Under the pieces are notes generated by a model, which was not told the origin of the DNA, made no database searches, and saw only the letters and a program-made list of their open reading frames with translations. The position numbers and the translations under genes were made by a program. From contig NC_058368.1 in the NCBI RefSeq assembly GCF_018350175.1, positions 197,472,001 through 197,536,000 on the forward strand: 64,000 nucleotides of DNA. The letters are read 5' to 3'. The DNA is from Felis catus. Its lineage: Eukaryota. This document shows, piece after piece, positions 12,609-26,360 of the stretch. The first letter of the stretch is position 1; the number at the start of each line of letters is the position of its first letter.

Positions 12609-12782
12609 TGGGGTGCCGGAGTAGTTCAGTCAGCTAAGCATCTGACTTCAGCTCAGGTCATGACTTCATGGTCTGTGAGTTCAAGCCCTGCATGGGGTAG
12701 AGCCCACTTTGGATCCTCCGTCTCCCTCTCTCTCTGCCCCTCCCCTGCTCATACTCTCTCTCTCTCTCTCAAAAGGAAATAA
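12609..12782 (+). mobile_element. Older, internally shortened SINEC
   Basis: Diverged head, (CT)n and short tail. Confidence 0.85.
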
Positions 12783-12914
12783 GGGTATTCCCGAGTGGTC
12801 CTGGAGTGAGCCAGTGAACAGTTTGCACGACACTGTCACTTCCTGTGTTGGGCACGTGAAACTTCTCTTCACTCTCTTTAGCTCTCCACCTGTCTCTTTC
12901 TGAAACATTTATAG

Positions 12915-14537
12915 CAGTGATCCCAAAACGTCTTGGGCTTAGATCTCTTTGCGCTCAAAAAAACTGGTGAGGACTACAGCTAGATTTTGTTGATGAGGAT
13001 GATATCTCCTGATATTTGCCATCTGACAAATGGAAACATATTAGTTTTGAAAATCTCGATTCATTAATCATTCAAAAATAAATCCATTACGTGTTAACAT
13101 AATTAGCGTATCTTTTTGGAAGATTTTCCAAACCAAAAAATAGTATGGGGGAAAATGGCATTGTTTTATACGTTTTTTTAACATCTGGCTTTATAGAAGA
13201 CAACTTGATTCTCACCTGATTCTGCATTTAATTGCAAGGTTGCAACGTGTCTTTTGTTGGAGTGTGTAAATAAAGTCCGGCCTCGCTCAGCGGCACAGTT
13301 TGGAAAATAGAGGAATATTTTAGTGGTCTTTTCGGATAGTTGTGGATAATCTTCGATATGACACTAAATTTGAAAAGTGGTAGTTTGGGGTGCCTGGGTG
13401 GCGCAGTCGGTTAAGCGTCCGACTTCAGCCAGGTCACGATCTCCCGGTCCGTGAGTTCGAGCCCCGCGTCGGGCTCTGGGCTGATGGCTCCGAGCCTGGA
13501 GCCTGTTTCCGATTCTGTGTCTCCCTCTCTCTCTGCCCCTCCCCCGTTCATGCTCTGTCTCTCTCTGTCCCAAAAATTAAAAAAAAAAAAAAAGAAAGAA
13601 AGAAAGAAAAGTGGTAGTTTCTAAAAGGTTGCAGTGTAAAATCTGAAGCCATATCAATGAACATTTCATGTTTTATTGCATATAATCTATTGGTCTAACT
13701 TTTACTTTATTTAAATGGATCTTTCACCCGTGCATGGTTTTGTGACTTCATGCATTGGTCACCGGGAAAATGTTAGTTTGCTGAGTTATGCTGATTTTTT
13801 AAATGTTGACACATTTCAGTCCACAATACCCAAAATAATCACATTCATTAATATAACCATCAATCTTTAAGTATTGGGAAGCTGGCAAGCTCATGGTAGC
13901 AGATAGAAATCTTTCAAAATTCACTTGACGCTTGAATTTTATCATTGACGACAAACATTGGTAGTGATTTTCCTTGAAGAAAGGCAAGGAAGCCTCACTT
14001 CATTCATTTTTGAGAAAACGTCTGCCATGTGTCCACATCCGAATAACAGTAGTTTGTCAGCGAGCCATTCTTTCAAATGAAAATAGTTTTTCATGACTAA
14101 AGCAGCTGACACCTATTGCAAACCAACAACTACGGGCGTGTGTCTCCTCCGGACAAGTATCACAGTGCGGTGCCTGGCAGGGTCTGGATTTTGTCACGCA
14201 GGATACAACCGAGAAGTATACCCAAGGGTCAAGATTTAATAAAATGAATACTTTTCACTGCTTCGTAAAACACAGCGTAAGTGCAAAAGGCTTGCTTGCT
14301 TTCTTTCCTTCCGGTAGGTAGTGTATGGCGGTGAAAAACGTAGCGATGAATGGTACGGGTGATCCGGGCTGAGGCACCAGCAATTTCCCCCGCTTTTGTT
14401 TTGGTACCATCGGTGTGAATGTCAACACAGTGAAAAAGACCATGTAGTATCTTGAAACCAGTTTGGGCTTTGTGGATCCCTTGAAAGGATTTCAAGGACT
14501 TCCAAAGATCTGTGGACCACGGCTTGAGGACTGACTG
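12915..14537 (-). mobile_element. hAT-Charlie DNA transposon relic (Charlie1a-like), interrupted by a SINE
   Basis: CAGTG/CAGTC-like termini and transposase remnants (HCVDIHTDG...HRHTL...EAVKSIHFIKS) in ORF 14229-14495. About 1.4 kb after removing the SINE. Confidence 0.8.
13387..13605 (+). mobile_element. Young SINEC_Fc inside the Charlie element
   Basis: TSD gaaaagtggtagttt at 13372-13386 and 13606-13620. Confidence 0.95.
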
Positions 14538-16899
14538 TTTTCAGGATGACCTACTAGTTTCGTTAGATATGTTGAGTCTGATATGTTGAGTCTGACGCTG
14601 GTTCCATCAGTGGTGACTGGGTTGTCACCAACAGGTTGGGGGTTTTCAAGGACATAACACTAATAGTATTAGGAACTAATGTATCTTAGATGCTGCTTCA
14701 GATGCTCTGCCTACGTTATCTCACGGCAGCCCTTGAGTCGTTTCTGTTTTATGTCACTTTTAGATGAGGAAACCGAGGATCAGGGAGGTGAATTAACTTG
14801 CTGAAGAGCACACAGCTGGGAAGTAGGAGAGCCGACATGAAACTCTCGTCAGTCTGACTCCAGGGCCCACGCTCTGAACTGCTTTGTTATTGCTGGAGAG
14901 GCTGACAGGATGGGCAAAGTGAAGAAACAACACGTCAAGGGGGCAGGAGGTCAGAGTAGTGATTGAGAATCTTGGACCCAAGGGTCTACGTAGCAATTCA
15001 AAGGTTTCCTCCAAATCTCTTTTCCCATCTGAGTCTCACAAAGGCTGGCTGAGTTGGCTGGTGAGGGTTCTTATTTCCTATAGGTAAGGAAGTTGACTGT
15101 ATCTAGCAGAGAAGGAGCCCCAGAGTCATATACTGGGAGAGCTCCACCTTCTCAACCAATGCCAAGGACCCAAGGCCCTTCTTGGCAGCCTTTCCCCTTT
15201 GGGGTGTCTGCTGTCACATGCCTTGGAGGGGAACTTGGCAGAACAGGCAGTGTGTTGCTTTTGCTTCTAGAGAGAGAGAGAGAGAGAGAGAGAGGAAGGG
15301 CAGGCCCATTAGCCCTGGTGCCGTAAGGGAAAGTGATCGACCTCCCTGCACTGGTCTGGCCAGCAGTGAGAGTGAGCCCTCCTCACCTTGGGATCTGTAA
15401 CTGAGACTCAAAGGGGTTCCCCGTTCTGGGGGGTACAATTTACACGAAGCCAGAAACTATCTGCCAGCCGAAAAGGAGGCATGGAGGGGTGCGGGAGAGC
15501 TGAGGTTGGAAAAGTACACTGACGACTCTGAGGCCACTGACAAGGGGTGTTTGGAGGAACAGAGGAAAGGGTCCCCAAGTGTAGCTCAAGTCTCTCTTTC
15601 TACCCAAGGAGAAACTGAGTCCCACAGAGAAGAGGGAACTTGCCCAAAGTCACACAGCTGGTAAAAATGCCATGCTGGCCCCCAGACTCCCTGATGCTTA
15701 AAGCACAGCACTCTCCGAAAAGAGACCATGTTCTGACAAATAAAAGCAGGCCTGCCCAGTGTCCCCACTCTGCTGTCTCAGAGCAAAGAGAGGCGCAACT
15801 GGTAGCCAAGGTTGCTCAAGCTCTGGGGACCCGCGTTCCTTCCACAAAACCCTTGCCGACAAGGGCCGCGAACTGGGATGGAATTTCTTTGGTTTCTCAG
15901 GACATCCCCCCTGGGCTCCTGATCGTGTTCCCAAGCGGCCTTTATGTTCAGTTCACTCTGACATTCTTTCCCTTTCAATGAGTTGATTTTGCCTTTGTTC
16001 TTTTGTTTATATTCCCTAGACAATCCACAGTTCCTGAGAGTTAACAGGCCTCCTGGATGCGGAAGAGGGGAAGTTTCAGGACAGTTCCTGACCGTCCAAA
16101 CCTTCAAAGCCCCATGCAAGGCCAGCAAGCAGCCTCCAGAATCAAGGGGGAGATCCTTCCCGAGTCAGGGTCCGCTCCAGATGGAATGCCTGTTCTCAGC
16201 TTGGCATTCTCGTTGGTCTCCCTGCCCCAGGGCAGTGCCCTCCCTGGCCTCCCATGGGAGGCTCCGTGTAGAGAAAACTTCCCAGGAATCGGGGGGAGGA
16301 TCACCCGGTCCCCCAGCTCCTTTCCTCATTAGCAGGCTGAATTCAGAATTTTAATTCTTCAGTTTCAGGTTTTGATCACCAGGGCAAAGGGCAGAATTGT
16401 AGGGAACCCTCCCCTTCCTCCCCCTGCTCCCCCTGTGCTCTCCCTCCTCCTCCCCCTCCTCTTTCTTCTTTGGTCCACAGATATTTATTGAGAATCCGCT
16501 GTATTCAAGGCCCTGTTTTTAGAACTGGGGATTCATCAGTGAAAGAAGCAAACACATTCTCTGAGGGAGCCGACAATCTGTAGTGATGTCAGGCCACGCG
16601 TGGAGCAGAGGGTGGGTGAAGGGCTGTTTAGACTGGGTCGTTAGGGATGGGCTTAGTTAGGACTAGGGTCAGGAGGAGAGGCAGGAGGAGGCGGTGTTTG
16701 ACCTGAAGGTGAGACACCTGAAGGAAGCGAGAGGATGTGCCCCGAAACCATCTGAGGAAGACATCTCTACTCGCCAGAATGGTCACCGCAAAAATGCCCT
16801 CCACCCATAGATAGCACAGGACCAGCTTCCTTCTGCTTCCTGGTGATATCCTCCCCCACATTCTTGAAGGCGATTCTTAGGTCCCAATTCAACCTTCTT

Positions 16900-17400
16900 C
16901 TCCTTCTCCTCCTCCTCCTCCTCCTTCTTCTTTTTTTAATGTTTGTTTATTTTTGAGAGAGACAGAGACAGAATGCGAGTGGGTTAGGGGCAGAGAGAGA
17001 GGGAGACAACACAGAATCCGGAGCAGGCTCCAGGCTCCGGGCCGTCAGCACAGAGCCCGACGCGGGGCTCAAAGTCACGAGCTGTGAGATCATGACCTGA
17101 GCCGAAGTCGGACGCTCGACGGACTAAGCCACCCAGGTGCCCTTTCTTCTTCTTCTTCTTCTTCTTCTTCTTCTTCTTCTTCTTCTTCAGTGTTTATTTA
17201 TTTCTTTTGAGAGAAAGAGAGAGAGCACAAATGAGTGAGTGGGGGAGGGGCAGAGAGAGAGGGAGAGAGAGAATCCCAAACAGGGTCCGTGCTGTCAGCA
17301 CAGAGTCCGATGAGGGGCTCCATCTCACGAACCATAAGATCGTGACCTAAGACAAAAATCAAGACTAGGGTGCTTACCCAAGCAAGCCACCCAGGCACCC
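16900..17400 (-). mobile_element. Two SINECs (16932-17142 and 17190-17400) with a (TTC)n/(CTC)n tail microsatellite
   Basis: Outer TSD ccca(a/g)ttcaaccttctt at 16883-16899 and 17405-17421. Confidence 0.92.
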
Positions 17401-19359
17401 TCTCCCCAGTTCAACCTTCTTATCTCAGCAAATCTGACCGTTATTTCACCCCAGAGTGCCCTTTCATGGTAACCTTCCCTTGACAGCCTTCCCCAAACAG
17501 CCATTCTAGAATCTGCGGTCCGCTGACTAATTCTTTGTTTCTTCTTCTGCCGTTCTTATCCTCACAAGAGTCCAGAGTTTCAGAGCTGGAAGTGCCCTCT
17601 GAGCTCGGATGGCCTGACCCCTTCACTTTAGAGATGGAGAAAGCAAGGCCCAGGCATAGAAACGGCCTTGCTAATGGCGGATCATGGGGTTAGTTACAGA
17701 AATGGCATAGCGGGGCCTGTGCTCAGATGTCCCACTGATACAGTGCTCTTTCTCCTTCCGCCCCCACCCCATCCCACAGCACATAGCACTGCTGTTCCAC
17801 AACTACTTTCTATACTTGGAGAATAACAATAACAGCCCATGTTTCTCCAGAACTCGGGTTTCCTCTTGCAGTGTTGTTCTGTTCTTCTCTGAGGACATTT
17901 TCTGAGAAGGGAAAGTCTCTGTAGGTTTCTTTTATCTCTCTCTCTCTCTCTCTTTCTCTTTCTTTTAAACTAAATATTATCTTTTGCTCCATGCCAGCCT
18001 CTGTGCTAAAGGCTTTACACCCAGGATTTCATTTAACACTCAACTCTTTTGTGAAGCGTTGTTATAATCATTCTTATTGAAACACTGAAACACTGGGAAG
18101 CCCAAATTCAGAGAAATGGAATAACCTGCTGAAGTTCACACAGTCGGAGAATGGATGGTGGAGCTGGAATAAGAACCCAGGCAGGGTGGCTCCAGAGCCT
18201 GTACCTTCGTGTGATAGGCAAGTCGGTTCTTCAGGTACAGCCAGGGCAGAGTGCTCCTGTGGGAGCCTCTATGTCTTCGGCCATTTTGGTTACTTTCCTT
18301 GTCTCCATTATCATAGCAGGTAGACCAGGCCAGGAACCTACTCTCCTCCAGCCCTTTTCCTAGAGGCTCCTGACACATAGGTTGGCATGCTTAGCATCTC
18401 CTGACCTTGACCCCTTGGCCACAGCTGATGCGGTTCCACAGGTGATGTGATTCAGAACGATAGCTTGACCCACAGAAGACCAACTATGGGTTGGCAGATA
18501 TGGTGTGAACACTCTGACCAGTAGTCTGGGGCCCCACTGAACTTATGGGACCTTGTCTCTTGGAGAGCAGTAAGACAGAATGAAGGCACAGAACAGTGCT
18601 CCTGATCAGAGGAGGCAGCAACAAATGCCCACTGCTTATGGACACACGCGATAATCCAGTCACTCAGAGTGAAAATCTATCCAAGTGAATACTATTCTGG
18701 CCTCCGTGGAGCTTGGCTCTGTGGCTCAGATGGTTTCTTATCTTCTTTACTTTTCTGTGAATTCTTAAAATAAGCCTCTGGTAGATGAATAACATAAGTG
18801 GCTCTCTGTCCAAGCTCCCTGGAAGGGACAAGTAACCCCCCTCAGTCTGGGTCCCTTCAGGCGCTTCTGTCAGCTCAGCTGGCCACCCTCCCAGCTTTCC
18901 CACACACCCACATCAGCCAGGACTCCCATAGTTCTACATTTCACCAGCCCCTCAGTAGACCTGAGAGCAGTGTCCCCAAGGGAGGCCTAGGAACATTCTG
19001 CTCGGATTCCTGAAGCCCACCTCAAACCCGTGAATCAGAACTTCTATGGGTGGTGCCTAGGGAAGGCATGTCCCCAAACTCTTTGAATGCTTTTATTCCC
19101 AAGTGATTTTGCTGGATCCTGGAGTCTGAAAACAGCGGTCATGGAGAACTACTTCTGGGTTCGATATTCATCTCAGGTTCTACCAAATGTGGTGAGCATA
19201 CATTCCATGGAGAGTGAACCTGTCTTCTGCTGGGGGGAGGCAGAGACGGGGAACAATGGGTCATAGCAGCCGACACCTGCTCTATGTCTTAGGAATGGAT
19301 TACACCTGAGATTGCAAAATACCACCCATGAGCTGAGTTTGCAGATTGCGAAAGTATTA

Positions 19360-19790
19360 ATTTTTTCTAAGTTTATTTATTTGTTTTGAGGTGGGGGGGG
19401 AGGAGCAGAGAGGGAGGGAGAGAGAGAATCCCAAGCAGGCTCTGGGCTGTCCGTGGGCTTGAACCCATGGACCGCGACATCATGACCTGAGCCCAAATCA
19501 AGACTCAGATGCTGGGGTGCCTGGGTGGCGCAGTCGGTTAAGCGTCCGACCTCAGCCAGGTCACAATCTCGCGGTCCGTGAGTTCGAGCCCCGCGTCAGG
19601 CTCAGGGCTGATGGCTCAGAGCCTGGAGCCTGTTTCTGATTCTGTGTCTCCCTCTCTCTCTGCCCCTCCCCCGTTCATGCTCTGTCTCTCTCTGTCCCAA
19701 AAATAAATAAACGTTGAAAAAAAAATTTAAAAAAAAAAAAAGAAAAAAAAAGACTCAGATGCTTACCCAACTGAGCCACCCAGGGGCCCC
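19360..19790 (-). mobile_element. Minus-strand SINEC interrupted by a plus-strand young SINEC (19514-19749)
   Basis: Inner TSD aagactcagatgct at 19500-19513 and 19750-19763; outer TSD aaagtatta. Confidence 0.93.
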
Positions 19791-22237
19791 AAAGTATTAT
19801 TTTTTAGAGGTTTTGTATGATACGCTAACCTTCATTATCAGAAGATTTCACACACACACAAAATATCACTTCTGGCTTTCCTTGAAAATCTGGAAGGTCT
19901 AGGAGCATTGAGCCTGCATTCTGTTTGGCAATGACTGACTATTACTGAAGAGCAGTTGGGGCTTGGGCGCCCTTATGACATCAGGGCCCCCTCTCCAAAT
20001 TTGAGCCTGTGCCAGTGGTTCAAGAAAACTGGGAATGAACACATTTCTTGGTGGATGTAAAGAATATCCCTTTCTGCTTACCAGGTCAACTTTGTTCTGA
20101 AAACAACACAACTCAAGATGGCTCACTTTATTCGTGCCTAACGTGTGCCTCATCCTTCAAGGCACTTGAGCTGAGACCCCGGACACGGACTCCAGCATCC
20201 CTCCGCTGGGCTGTAACTGGAAGCTAAGAGTACACCACAAAACCAGAGACGGATTTTAGCATCCGATTGGGTGGTGCAACGTCTTCTTCGTACAGATGGA
20301 GAGACGGCAGCCCAGAAAGAGGGAGAGCCATTCTGGGGGTTACCCGGGAAGTGGGGCATGGCCAGGGTGCCAGCCCGTCTTCCTCCAGAGCCTCGTCCAA
20401 CCCTCCCCATTCTTCACGTAACAGCTGGCACTATTCCCCCCAGGTTCCCTTAACCTTTGGCCATACCAATTTTTTCTGGGTGTTTACAGTATTCCAAGCA
20501 CAGTGCTAACAAAAGTGTTTTGCCAGCATTGTCTGATTTCATCGTCATCCCTGTTTGACAAATAAGAAAACTGAGGTTTGCAGTCACTCGGCTCATTAGT
20601 GGAAGAGAAGGGACCTGAATCCCGGCCTGGGGGTGCCCAGGCCCTCCGCTCTGGGCGACCTCTTACTGTAAACCGTCAGCCCTTCTGGGAAGACACCATG
20701 CTGTTCCCATTTTATAGCTGGTGGGACCAAGAGTTTGAGTGGCTGGCCCAGGATCACATAGCTGGTGATGGATAGAGTGAGGACCGAAAGCTCGGTCTGG
20801 CTCCAGTGTTTCTAAACTGTGGGCTCGCTTGCTGTTTTTCCGCCCCTCATGGAACCCCCTGGAAATCTTGTAAGAGTTCATTTGCATTGCTTGGTCTGAA
20901 ATCACCCTACAGAGCCTAGTATCATATGTCAGTTTGGGTGTGTGGAGGGGGCTGGGTGCATTCTGCGGCACGCCGGGTGTACCTGCGTGCTTTTGTGATC
21001 CCACAACTTTCTGTGCCGAGAGCAGTGAAGGGCAGACACAGCCTAGACCCTCGGGTGAAGTGACTCCCACGAATGGGGGACCTGAGTGTGCGGACAAGAA
21101 GGGACTTCTCCACTGCCACACAGTGAGAGCTAACTCTCCGAAGCCTACAGCCCAAACTCTCCAGAGCCCAAAGGAGAACGCGGGGCCCAGATTTTTTCCT
21201 GCATCACCCTTTTCCCTTCCGGACACACGATGCTGGTTCCCTCCCTTTCCAGTGCAATCGGTAAAATGCTACGAAATGATGCAATGCCTTTCTGTTGTCT
21301 TTCCCTCACTGTGTGAAACATGATGACAATGGCCTCGTGTCCTCACGTGTGAAAGATCCTCATCACTCGGGATCCCGACGCCCCAGAAAGAGTGGCCTTG
21401 GTCAGTGGTTTTGTCATCGAGCCTCAAAGAACCCTCAGCTCTCTTGTAGCCGCTTCCGAGATTTTGAAAGTAATAACCATCTTTGCCACCCCAAAATAAA
21501 GACCCAGCTTGACGAAGGAACAGGTTAATCACTCGCGTAAAATATATTTTGTATATTGGGGTTTAGCGCAAGACGTCTTTTAAAGAAAGAATTCTGCTGC
21601 GACAAAAGATAGCAAATCTTATTTTCTAGAAGGTCATGAGTCACCGAGCTACAGGATACATCTGCTCAGAGGTAGAAAGTAATCGTGGATCAAAGTCAAA
21701 GATCCCAGCAAAGGGGAGGAAACCAAATCTTCACCGTGGGCGTACCAAGCACCTGGCCGAAAGGTGATCCCGCCTTCCCAGAATCCACTCCTCAGTCTGC
21801 TGGGACAACGGTGGGGCAGCGTTTCCTCTGTCCCTGCTAGGCATGCATCGGCCTGCCCGTTCTCCGCGACAGGGCCCTGGAATGGCCAGCTCTCCCTTGG
21901 CAAGAGGGTCTGAGCTTGCTGCTGGCTCTTACTGCTCAGCCTGGCCTGTAGGATTCTCTGCATCTCCACCGTGGGTTCGAGAACCCGGAGTCCTGGCCGC
22001 AGAATCTGGCCCTGGATACCCGGAGGCAAGGGTTACCGGGGAGGGGGTGCTGTGAAGTCTTCTGGTCACGCAACCAGAGCGGCCGTTTCCTTCTCTGTGA
22101 GCACAAGGGATTAGGAAGGTCCGTTCACCCAGGAACGAATGAGAAAAGCAAACAGATGAAGCAGCTATACACTCAGGCCTGTTCTCCTCTCTCCTCTGTT
22201 TCCTCAGAGCGTCCCCAGTACGGGCAGGCAGGCGTGC

Positions 22238-22240
<3 letters not shown>

Positions 22241-22270
<30 letters not shown>
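22241..22270. repeat. (CA)n microsatellite
   Basis: Direct read. Other dinucleotide repeats: (GA)n about 15269-15293 and 56900-56944; (TG)n about 30385-30414, 41483-41518 and 52310-52342. Confidence 0.95.
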
Positions 22271-22273
<3 letters not shown>

Positions 22274-24428
22274 GCACGGAATCAGATTCAAACTTAGTTC
22301 AGCCGTAGTTCTTAGTAAAGTGGTTTAACTTGTCAGGCCAGATACCCTACTTGTCTGCCTCTGAGCCAGACTTCCCACCTCCCCTGCCTGTCTTTTTCTA
22401 CCATAGGAAAATAACCATGGGCTTCACAGTGCAGCCAGGCCCGGTCTCCCAGGCAGCTGGCCCAGCCAAGGAGCCCTCTGGGGGCTCATCTCCTCCACAC
22501 CATCAAGGCCAGACTCCCTACGGTTAGGCACTCAAGATCTCAGAGGTTCTCTGCGCTGAGTCATCCTCTGCAAGCCTGTCTATCCAACATGTGGGAGAGG
22601 TGGGTGCCCAATATCTCAGGAAGAGGAAGAGGTACCTCCATCTCCTAAAGAGGCTCCCAGGATCTCTGCATCATGCTGGAAGTCTGTCTTCATTCCCATT
22701 GCACACCATGGTAGCTTTGGGGCTGCACCTGCCCCACAGACGTGTTTGGTTTCGTCCCTGCCCTGGGGGATGCCACAACATTGTTTCATAAATTTAATTT
22801 AAATCCAAAATTTAATTTTTGAATGCCAAGTTTCAGCCCCCACAGACCTTGGACTTGTGACTGCTCTTGAAAAATTGCACATGTGGTAACCTAGATCGCC
22901 ATTCCCACGTGGCAGGAATCTGATGAAGGTAGATGGCCAGTGTTCCTTTTAGGCTTAATCCGTTTCTCTTTCCAGTTGAGCCCCTGTAGGCAGTGGCATT
23001 TGCAACGTCTGTCTTAATTAAAATTAAGAAAATGATATTGATAATTGTTGACATACAGTGAGTAGCTTACCTCTAGTGGACACCATGCTAGGGAGCCCGC
23101 ACCCGTACGTAATACTCACGAAAGCCCTCTGAGGTCAATCCATTATCATTCCCATTTTATAGATGGAAAGTAGGGGTTCATACGAGTTCAGGGATTTGTC
23201 CAAGGTCACACACGTAAGATGAAACAGAACCAGATTTTCCTGACTCTAGAAACTACGCTGATTCCAAGATGTGGGTAGACGCTGTTCATGGAGAGAACTT
23301 TCGTGAAGATAACTCCCCAAATTTCTCCAGCCCTTTTCTACATGTGGAGTTTTAGTCTCTGCGTCCAACGGGCAGAGGGATCTTGCCACTTGTACGTCAG
23401 CAGGTATCCACCGTACGGGAAATGTGAGTAACAGACCGGCGTGGGCTTTGCTTTATTCTCCTTTCCAGACCCCCAACCCCTTCTGTTCCTCCCGACTTCT
23501 CTGCTCATGCTGCAACCATGCAGGAACTTCGACCTCATCACCGACTCTCCCCTCCCCGCCAATTGTTTTCCATCAACATCCAACCTGTGCCAAATCCTGT
23601 TCATACTTTCTCCACGTTTCTGGTTTCGGACCTTTGTTTTCTGTCTTCCCCTCAGGTCAAATCTACCCTTCGAGGCACTGCCATATTAATCTTCTTAAAT
23701 CGTTGGTCAGATCACATCACCCTCTCCTTATACTGGCCCTCCGCTGGCCGGTGGAGGCAGGCTCCCCTTCTTTGCATGGCCTTTGCGACGCTCTACGATG
23801 TTGGGGAAATGTCTCCAAGGCATAGCTTTCTGCAACCCTCGCGACGTTTGCAGCCCTCCCGCCAAGCTGAACTATTCCCAATTTCTCAAATGTTCCCAGG
23901 GCTTTCTGTGTCTAGATGCCCATCCCTTCTGTTTGGAATGTTCCAATGTGCAGCCTTCCTTGTGAAATTTCACTCCCTCTTTTAAGGTCCAGCTCGAAAG
24001 CCACCTCTAGAAAGCCTTCCCTGACCAAACTCTTCCCCTCTCAGTTCCTTAGCCACATGCCTCCCCGCTTGACGACTGTTGACGGGACATCTAGTATGCG
24101 CCAGGCACTGTGGGTACTCATTCATGCATTCTTCCAACTTTTGCCAAATGCTCCTTGAGTGCTTCCTATATGGCAGGTACTGTCCAGATGCACGAGATAC
24201 GACACTCGCTGCCGTGACGCGATGTCGGTGCCGCGAAGAAAGGATAAAGTGGCTGAGTCTGGCTCACCGGGCGTGATAAATACACGTGAAGAGTGAACAC
24301 GGCCCACCAGACATCCAGGGACACATGCTCCAGGGATGTGCAGGCCTAGCCGGACCCGCCCAGGAACGAAAGTTCGGGAACAGCCTCTGGCAATTCCGTG
24401 GCTCCTCCTGCATCCTGACTCCTTCTTT

Positions 24429-24650
24429 TTTTTTTAATTTTTTTTTCAACATTTATTTATTTTTTGGGACAGAGAGAGAAAGAGCATGAACGGGGGAGGG
24501 GCAGAGAGAGAGGGAGACACAGAATCGGAAACAGGCTCCAGGCTCTGAGCCACCAGCCCAGAGCCCGACGCGGGGCTCGAACTCACGGACCGCGAACTCA
24601 CGACCTGGCTGAAGTCGGACGCTTAACCGACTGTGCCACCCAGGCACCCC
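24429..24650 (-). mobile_element. SINEC_Fc
   Basis: TSD ctgactccttcttt. Confidence 0.95.
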
Positions 24651-26145
24651 CTGACTCCTTCTTTGATGTCGATCTTGACGCTGCGGCTGCTGGGCCTTTG
24701 TGTTTAGCTCTCTCCCAAGGAAATGCAGCCCCAAGAAAGATCAGCACCCAGGGATGCAGGAGCCCCCCCGGGGGGCTGGGCGCTGGAGGCTCTGTCCCGG
24801 GGCCAAGGGCACCACTGTCAGGGGAGGCAATGCAGAGCTGGACCACCGGACAGCACGAGGCTGTGCAGCCAGTGAGAACAGGGCCTGCAGGGAAGCATGA
24901 GGGCGGACCTTTGCTTCCACAGTGGAGTCTGAAGTCTGCTGGTGGGACTGCCAGCTTTAGTGGAGAGGAGCTCAGGCGTGCTGACCGTGCCGTGGAAATC
25001 GCAGGTAAACCGGTTGCCTCCTCTGTGCTCCACTCTCTCACGTCCTGGCAGTGGGACATCCCCGACCGCTCTCCTCTCCCACACCGGTGCCGATGAAAAC
25101 CACCAGGGAGCACGTGCGAAGGCTCAGTGCGACATGTGCTGTGGGGTTTCTCCTTGAAGGCTCACCCACAGTCCTTATCCTACATCCTTGGTAGGCGAGG
25201 ACACTCAGGCCTCCAGGGGCTAGGAGATTTGCGCAAGGGCGCATCACGCACACGGGGGTGTCGGAATTCAAACCCAGCCAGAGGCCAGACTCTGGAGCCC
25301 CTGTGTTTAACCACATCAGAGCATGGCCAGCTCTGCTGTTAAAATTACACCTGACTCCAAGGCCTCCTTCAAACGTCACCTCTACTCTGAGGCTTTCCTC
25401 GATTGGGTCGTCCATGTCTGCCTATGGTGCGCCTAGCTGCCCCGAGCAGTAGTTGTCGTTCATTCATTCCACAACGATTGTACCTCCACTACCTCTTCTC
25501 TGGGGAAGCCCCGTGTTCAGGTAGGATCAAGGCTAAGTATGCCATCAGAGCTGGCGCCTCCCCAATTACCTCTGCTTGAAGCAACCGCCATCCCTTCCAG
25601 GGCCCGAGAAAGTCCCGGGTCTTTTCCCTGGGTGTTACAACCAGAAACTGTCCGAGCCACTTAAGAATTCAGGTCAGACATATGGAAATTCAGCAAGCCG
25701 CAAAACAAGCAGGTGGGAAAATAGCAGGGAGTTTAGCCGGGCCAAGCAGCGCCGGAGCGGGGAGCATTCGTAATTCTTGCCCCTCTCCCCGCAACGATCC
25801 CGCGGAGCTGAATTTCCGAGTCCGCCCCAGAGAAGGTGATGATCTGTGTAAGCTGTGCTCCCTGGGATTCTGGGGTTGGGGGAGTTTGCCAAGTGTGTAT
25901 GAAATCGCTTTAAGCAAAGACCTTCTTTCTTCGGGTGCTGTCTTTCCAGTGCCTCTGAGACCCCTCTGCCGGGATGTAGGCGGAGCCTGCGACTCGGGCA
26001 GGTTCCCAGGCTCAGACAGATCCCAGAGGAGCCCGTTCCACTCCCATCCCACCAAGTGACCTAAAGGTACTTCTTTAGTCAATCAGGAGACATTTAGAGA
26101 GGAGGATGGGAGGAAATTCGCTGAAAGGAATCCCAGGCAGCTATT

Positions 26146-26360
26146 ATTTTTAAGTTTATTTATTTATTTTTTTGACAGGTCGGGGGCAGGGGGAGTGAGG
26201 GAGGGAGGATCAGAGAGAGAGGGGGAGAGAGAATCCCAATTAGGCTCCACGCTCTTAGTGCAGAGCACGATTTGGGGCTCGAATTCACGAATGGTAAGAT
26301 CATGACCTGAGCCGAAATCAAGAGTCAGACACTTAACCAGCTGAGCCACCCAGGTGCCCC
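26146..26360 (-). mobile_element. SINEC (older subfamily)
   Basis: TSD caggcagct. Confidence 0.9.

Noticed and set aside
24464..25113. 210-aa and 171-aa overlapping ORFs
   Set aside because: They begin or end in a SINE and continue through GC-rich DNA without recognisable domains.
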